A stretch of DNA of 60,794 nt from Macrostomum lignano (lineage: Eukaryota). The translations under genes and the position numbers were made by a program. Positions 55,193 to 60,794 of the stretch are shown in pieces. The stretch covers positions 1 to 60,794 of the forward strand of contig NIVC01004096.1 in NCBI GenBank assembly GCA_002269645.1, given 5' to 3'. Every line of letters starts with the position of its first letter. Position 1 is the first letter of the stretch. The notes below the pieces were generated by a model that searched no databases, was not told where the DNA came from, and saw only the letters and a list, made by a program, of their open reading frames with translations.

Positions 55193-57198
55193 CTCCATCC
55201 ACGCAGCGCGGACGCTGTCCACATCGGTACAGGTGAAGCACTGCTTGATGACCCCGTTCCAATCAGCAATGCTGGGCAGCCGCCGGCCCATAGCGAAGAT
55301 GCTGAGCGCCATACGCGGGAGGAGTACGCTACCGTAGCAGTCCTTTGGAGTTCGAGCAAAAGTTTTTTTGTTTAGGCAGCAAATGCAGCGGGTGAGCGAT
55401 TTACCAGCGACATCAGTTATTAGGATTGGAGAAGGGTTCAGAAAACAAAATAGGAACAGAGTGGAAGAGAGTGGAAGAGAGTGGGAGAGAGTGGAAGAGA
55501 GTGGGAGAGAGTGGGAGAGAGTGGAACAGGAAAAATAATGGAGGGGCAAGTATATCAGAGCGGAGAAAGTCGAGAACGGGATATAAGTACATACCCTCAT
55601 GCAAGTATTGATCAGTTAATCAAAAGATTACTGATCAGTGATTCAATTTCAATATCTAGCATTTCGCAGCCCTATAATGAGATTTTTACCTGCACCGTGA
55701 ACTTCCTCGGCGACAGGTAAAGCTGCTGCAGTTTGTGCTTGGACTCTGCCAGCCGCTGCCAGCCCGGGGAGTCACTCCAGCACGGGAAGGTGACGAAGAA
55801 CCAGCAAGCGCCGCTGGCATCTCTAGGAATAATCGAGGGGTGAAGGACTGAGATATTGGAACTCATAGTGCTAATAATAGTGCTTGACTGTGGAGTGTGT
55901 ACCTGCAGGCTTCTAGGCAGGAGTACAAAGTTCATGTGATTGAATTACGTGCTCATCGGAGACAAACAGACATATCTTAATACTGATTTACTACTGTATG
56001 TCATCCGGATGTACTAAGCATGTCATCCCGGATGTACTAAAAAAGCATGTCATCCCAGATGTACTAAGCATGTCATCCCGGGATGTACTAAGCATGCCAC
56101 CCCATGATGTACTAAGCATGCCACCCCTGGATGTACTAAGCATGCCACCCCGGGATGTACTAAGCATGTCATCCTGGATGTACTAAGCATGCCACCCCGG
56201 GATGTACTAAGCATGTCATCCTGGATGTACTAAGCATGCCATCCGGATGTATTCAACATTGATACCGGATGCATTCAACATCCGTTCCGGATGTACACAT
56301 AGAGTATACTCAAACACGTTCAAATACCTGTTCAAATAGTCCAACACCTTGTTGGCGACTTGCAACATTAGCTCCTCGATAAAAGGTGGATTAACTGTCC
56401 AGCCTCCTGGATAGTGGCTGAAGTCCACGGCGAAGAAGTCGCCAAGGCTGCCAAACGGAGCGTCCGTGTCCGGGAACAGGCTGCAAAATGCGACGCCCGG
56501 TTTTCCTAGCAGTTTCGAATTCAAAGGCGATGCGAATCCTTCATAGCGCACGCCCATGTGTTCGTACAGTGCGTGGTGCACTGTGACCGGGTCGCCCCAC
56601 TGCAGGCTGCCTGTGCCCAGAGTCTCGTACCGTAACAGCATCCGGGCCGTAGCTTTTAAGCCGAAATTTCTTACCAAAAAGCTGATTCTAGGACAGCATG
56701 GACTGGCGTAGCCATCAGACAAACTTAAAGAGTTTTGGTGACCTGCAGAGAGGTTGAGGTTTGAAAATCAATCAATAAATCAAATCAACTGCCGAACTAA
56801 AACAGTCTCAGAAAATATATTAAGTACACAGTGTGCTTTAACTCACAGCCAATAAGCAGCTGTCCTTCAACCTCCGATTCCTTGCACTCGCTGTCATCTC
56901 CGAGGTCACCATTCTGTTGGCGTCGCCGTTCCAAGAAGACCACACTGACGCCGCCTGCATTGCCTGGCTGCCGATCTGGTGATTGGATCAGCTGGTCGAT
57001 TGTCTGCTCAAACTGAGACACCGCGTCTACCAGGACCCGAGCGATTCGCTGCGCGTTGCTTCGGGACGCGCTGAACTTCTTTTCCACGCACTCATCGATC
57101 TGTCGGGGAAAAAAGTTTTCTTGCTCAATGGAGACAGCCAACTCGGAGAGTAGGCAATTAAGATTGGCCTCTGAGCTGACCTCTAAGCATTCAAACAT
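55163..57198 (-). CDS. PCIF1/CAPAM-like cap adenosine N6-methyltransferase; exons approx. 57198-~56830, ~56742-56328, 55822-55690, 55342-55163 (5' junctions uncertain)
   Basis: MLLRY, LQW, EGFASPLN, FCSLFPDTD.PFGSLGDF and NPPFIEELM catalytic motif; frame-consistent AAC AG|GT...TAG|A GAT and CAG|GT...AAG|GAC junctions. Confidence 0.8.
55996..56290. repeat. 23/24-bp minisatellite (CATGTCATCCCGGATGTACTAAG) in a PCIF1-like intron
   Basis: Direct tandem periodicity. Confidence 0.92.
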
Positions 57199-57879
57199 TT
57201 ACGTATGATACGTACGTATGCTACTAGGCTTCTTCCACAGACAGCGATTGAGAATTGACATTGTAACACGATTTAAATGTGTAAAAGAATGCTTAAAACC
57301 CCAAGACTGCGGATGGCCTGCTCTGCAGGTCATGGTCTCATATCTATGGTCTGCGGCTCAATTTGCTGCTGATATGTTAAAACATTTCTAATGAGTCTTA
57401 GTTTGCGGCTGTGGCCTGCATGGCCATGAAAAATTCGGTTGTTTTAAGTAACTTTTTTGTTCCTTTTGAACATCTGATTTTTTCTATACTATGGCGCAAC
57501 AGGGATACTAAACGAGTTATGAATTGTGAATATATTTTCTCAACAGTCATTGGAACAGTGAATAAAAGTTCAAAGACATAGTGAAAAATTTACGAAAACA
57601 AGTAATACGAACAAGTTTAAAATGATAAGCGAGTAATTCAACAACGACCAACAAACATCGATAACACCAAGTACGAGTAGCAGTCATAGGCATAACAGCA
57701 GGTGAGTCACAATTTAACAAATAGTTATACATGTAATTAATTTTGATTGGCATGCCAATCTCCGAAGCAGGGCACAGCGCAAAGACCTGGATTTCCCTGG
57801 CAGTGATCGCAGCAATAGACAGTTTTCTGTATCGTGCTGCTAATTACGCGTGCACTCGTGGCCTGGACATCTATATAAG

Positions 57880-60101
57880 TGATGTAACCACGCTCTGGTC
57901 GCGGGATAGGGCATGGGAACTTTTTCGTAAGTGCCTCCTATCCCGTGTACCCCCCTGCACAGAGCTGTCGAGACTCGGCCAGGTCTCCGACCAGGCCTGG
58001 AGACTCCCGCTCTGCTGCACCCCCCCTGCTGCCTTGGTTCCGTCTCCCCTGCCGCCACACCTGCCTTTCCGGAGCCCCCTATCCCTCTCTGTACTTCCCC
58101 CTCTACCTTATCTCCCTGTGCTCCACCCTAGTCTTCTTGCACTTTCCCTATCTTCCCTCTTTTTGTCTCCCTCTGCACTCTTTTCCTGCGCTGTCCCCTC
58201 TTTCCCTGTGTCTACTTACAGTATTTTGTGTGCTCACCGCCTCCCCATCCCCTCTCAAACTCCCAAACGGTGACGCAAGTCGTGTGACCCCTTCTCCCCC
58301 TCGGTGACTCATCGATGACTCATCCCCCTCTCTTGCGCAACCTTTTCTCACGCCATTGTTCTTCCCCCCAAATTTCTCATGCGACACCCACCCCACCTCC
58401 GCTTCTATTGTTCTCGTTTTTGATTCTTTTGTTCTCTCGACCCCACCAATTATCACATTTCCTCCGATTTTCTCTTTCTTTTGTTCTCGTTTTCGCACCT
58501 AATTATCACCTTTTCTCCAATGTTTACTTTTCCATTGTTCTCAGTTTTCCCCAATTATCCCCGATTTCCAATTCCTTTGTTCTCGACCCCGGCCCCATTG
58601 TTCTCAATGTTTGCTTGCGCAACACTTTCGCGACCTCCCGCTGCGCCAATTATCCCCCCACCCCGCCTCCGGATTGCGCAATTTCCCTATTTCTCATGTT
58701 GCTATGCCGGTCTCATGCTTCTCATCATGACTCATTCTGACGTCATTCTGCCGGCAGCCAATCAGAGAGAGGGAGTCATGGAAACGACCTTGGAGCGGCG
58801 GCTGGGAAGGCTATAAAAGGAAGCGATTTCGGCATGAGAATCCTCAGCTCTTTGGCCACGGGTGCCCACCTTCGGGCTCCTAGTCTTTCTTTAGACTTGC
58901 CGTCAGACTGAGTTCTGACCCATTCGTCTATAAGACGAATCCCTGCCGGTCCGCGGTCTGTTACCGCCAAGTTATCTTCAGCTCCCCAAGTGAGCTCGCC
59001 TATCGGCCAGCGGTCTGACACCGCCCAGCATCATCAGCTTCGCCTGATCTACACCAGCGCCTCGTCGCTTCAGCGCTTCGCCGCTTCACTGTCTGCCTGA
59101 CTGCAGCCTACAGCCGCCCTCGGTCACTCCGCCTCTCTCTCTCTCTCTGTGCAGCTGCCGGTAAGTTCCTATTACTGATTTGTGCTCTAATTGCCTTTGC
59201 TTATCCGGAGTTTGCCTATTTTTCCATTGTCTGATTAGAGAGCTGAGCCAGTTGTGATACCGTACCTTTTGCTGTATTTTTACTCAATAGTGAAGCCGCC
59301 TAATTGCCTGCTTATTTGCCTAAGGGCCTAATTATTAACTATTAACTAACCTCATCATTATTCACTCTTTCACCATCATTTCACTCATGGCTTGCTAAGC
59401 CTTTCTCCCGGGGTGGCAAAGCATAAGGAAGTTGGGTAAGCTAATGGCCTCTCCCCGTGCAAAGCCCGCCTGTGAGTGCGTGCTGCGGGGCCGCGTGTGC
59501 GTGCAGTAGAGGGATTAGCGAGTCTTGGCACAGAATGGCAGTAGGAAGGTTGCAACCCCATGCTGACGCGTCCCTTCGCCCTGAGCAATCTAAACCATAG
59601 ACAGTACATGTTCGCCTCATACTACTCTTAGTAATCAAAGTCGCAAGTCAGCCTCGCTCACAGCCACAAAGGATCCCCTGCTGAGAAATCCTCCAGATTG
59701 AGCCAGAGTTCCCGATCATGCCCAAGCAGAGTCCCTGTACTCGGCTGCATGTGTCTCCCCTGTTAGCCTAAATCTCCTGGTAACCATCCCAGGCGGGGCT
59801 CTAGCCTCGAGAGGTCTAGTAAAAGATCCAGGTGCGCCAGGTCACATAGAGTGGTGGCAGCCACTCGGTCATACTATGACCGAGTGACCAACTATTGCAC
59901 CTTGGCTACAGGTGGGCTCCATGTGGGTCCTTGGCCCTCTGGTCACGAAGCGCTACCAAAGCTATCAATCATGTGGGGGACAGTTTGGTGCTGGAGGTCC
60001 GTCAGGTCATTGCCCGTCATAGGCAGCCTACGGTCATTGCCCCCTCTAGTCATGCGTTCGTCTCTCTACGGAGCGGACAGGCGACAAGGGCGGTTACATC
60101 A
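57880..60101 (+). mobile_element. Solo LTR, 2222 bp, TG...CA termini, 10-bp terminal inverted repeat, 4-bp TSD TAAG (Gypsy-like)
   Basis: TGATGTAACC at 57880, GGTTACATCA ending at 60101; TAAG at 57876-57879 and 60102-60105; no credible internal ORF. Confidence 0.75.
58758..58818 (+). promoter_or_regulatory. CCAAT box (58758) and TATAAAA box (58812) inside the solo LTR
   Basis: GCCAATCAG and CTATAAAAGG in typical order and spacing. Confidence 0.55.
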
Positions 60102-60794
60102 TAAGCACTAAAACAGACTTTTGAACCCCTCAACGTCAATTGAATAGCGATTTGTCAGTTTTGATAGCTCCTAGTTCAAAATTGAACGCAAAAAGGTGTA
60201 GAACGCTCGTTTTCATCTATTTGCTAAAGGCCGGCTATCTCTGCGGCATTTAGAATGCTCCAGAGAACGCAGCGTTGAATAGACTTTTGCCCAGTCCCAT
60301 TTCTCAAGAGCAAATTACTAAATGGACCAGCGATACAACAGCTACGTTCTTTACCGACCCCAGCTCATTTCTAGGAAAATTCAGTGTGCACGTAGCGTCC
60401 TTTGTACCTTGGGTTCATGAGTCTTGCTTGTATGGAGCACAATATGCAGCTTTAGGAGTCGAGGCTCATTTGGGGACTTGGCTGAAATGCCGTGGCTTAA
60501 GGGGGTCTCAGCTATTTTGCTAATTGCTAGGAAACATACAACAAAGCAAAAATGCCAGTAAAAATACGCATGACTAATACAGACCAACTTTTGGCTAGCG
60601 AACGTTTCAGTGCCCAATAGACCTGGGAAAATTGGTAGTGACAGCGAACGAGCTCCACAACATTCTTCGCTGCGACTCTCCAGTTGAAAGGACAGGAGCC
60701 AGCGATCAAAGATAATTCCTGGCCTCGGCCTGGTCCTGCTGCTCTCGAGTCCGATGCATTGGTCCGTCGCCCACTTGAACAAACACCCGACAAA

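Overview
Eukaryotic (invertebrate animal) genomic DNA. GC-rich spliceosomal exons sit among many unrelated micro/minisatellite arrays; this style resembles macrostomid flatworms, which is an inference only. Host genes reconstructed by hand from GT-AG junctions: a class A neuropeptide GPCR (-), a candidate secreted neuropeptide precursor (+), complexin (+), a ~2000-aa DCDC1-like doublecortin/ricin protein carrying an apparent CEP120-type C2 insert (-), SDHD (-), SH3BGRL (-), a class V PLP C-S lyase of the Egt2/L-cysteine desulfhydrase type (-) and a PCIF1/CAPAM-like NPPF methyltransferase (-). Mobile DNA: a near-intact 4.3-kb tyrosine-recombinase retrotransposon of Ngaro/PAT architecture (A1-ORFs-B1-A2-B2), a decayed Ty3/Gypsy pol, an RTE-like LINE fragment, two copies of a tRNA-derived SINE, three MITEs with 8-bp TSDs and a 2.2-kb solo LTR. 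The most interesting object is the Ngaro-like element. Its Gag begins with a SAP domain, gag and pol are in one frame separated only by UGA-C, and the ATG-less recombinase ORF can be joined in frame to the SAP half of Gag through consensus splice sites. Most long ORFs in the supplied track are artefacts of tandem repeats.
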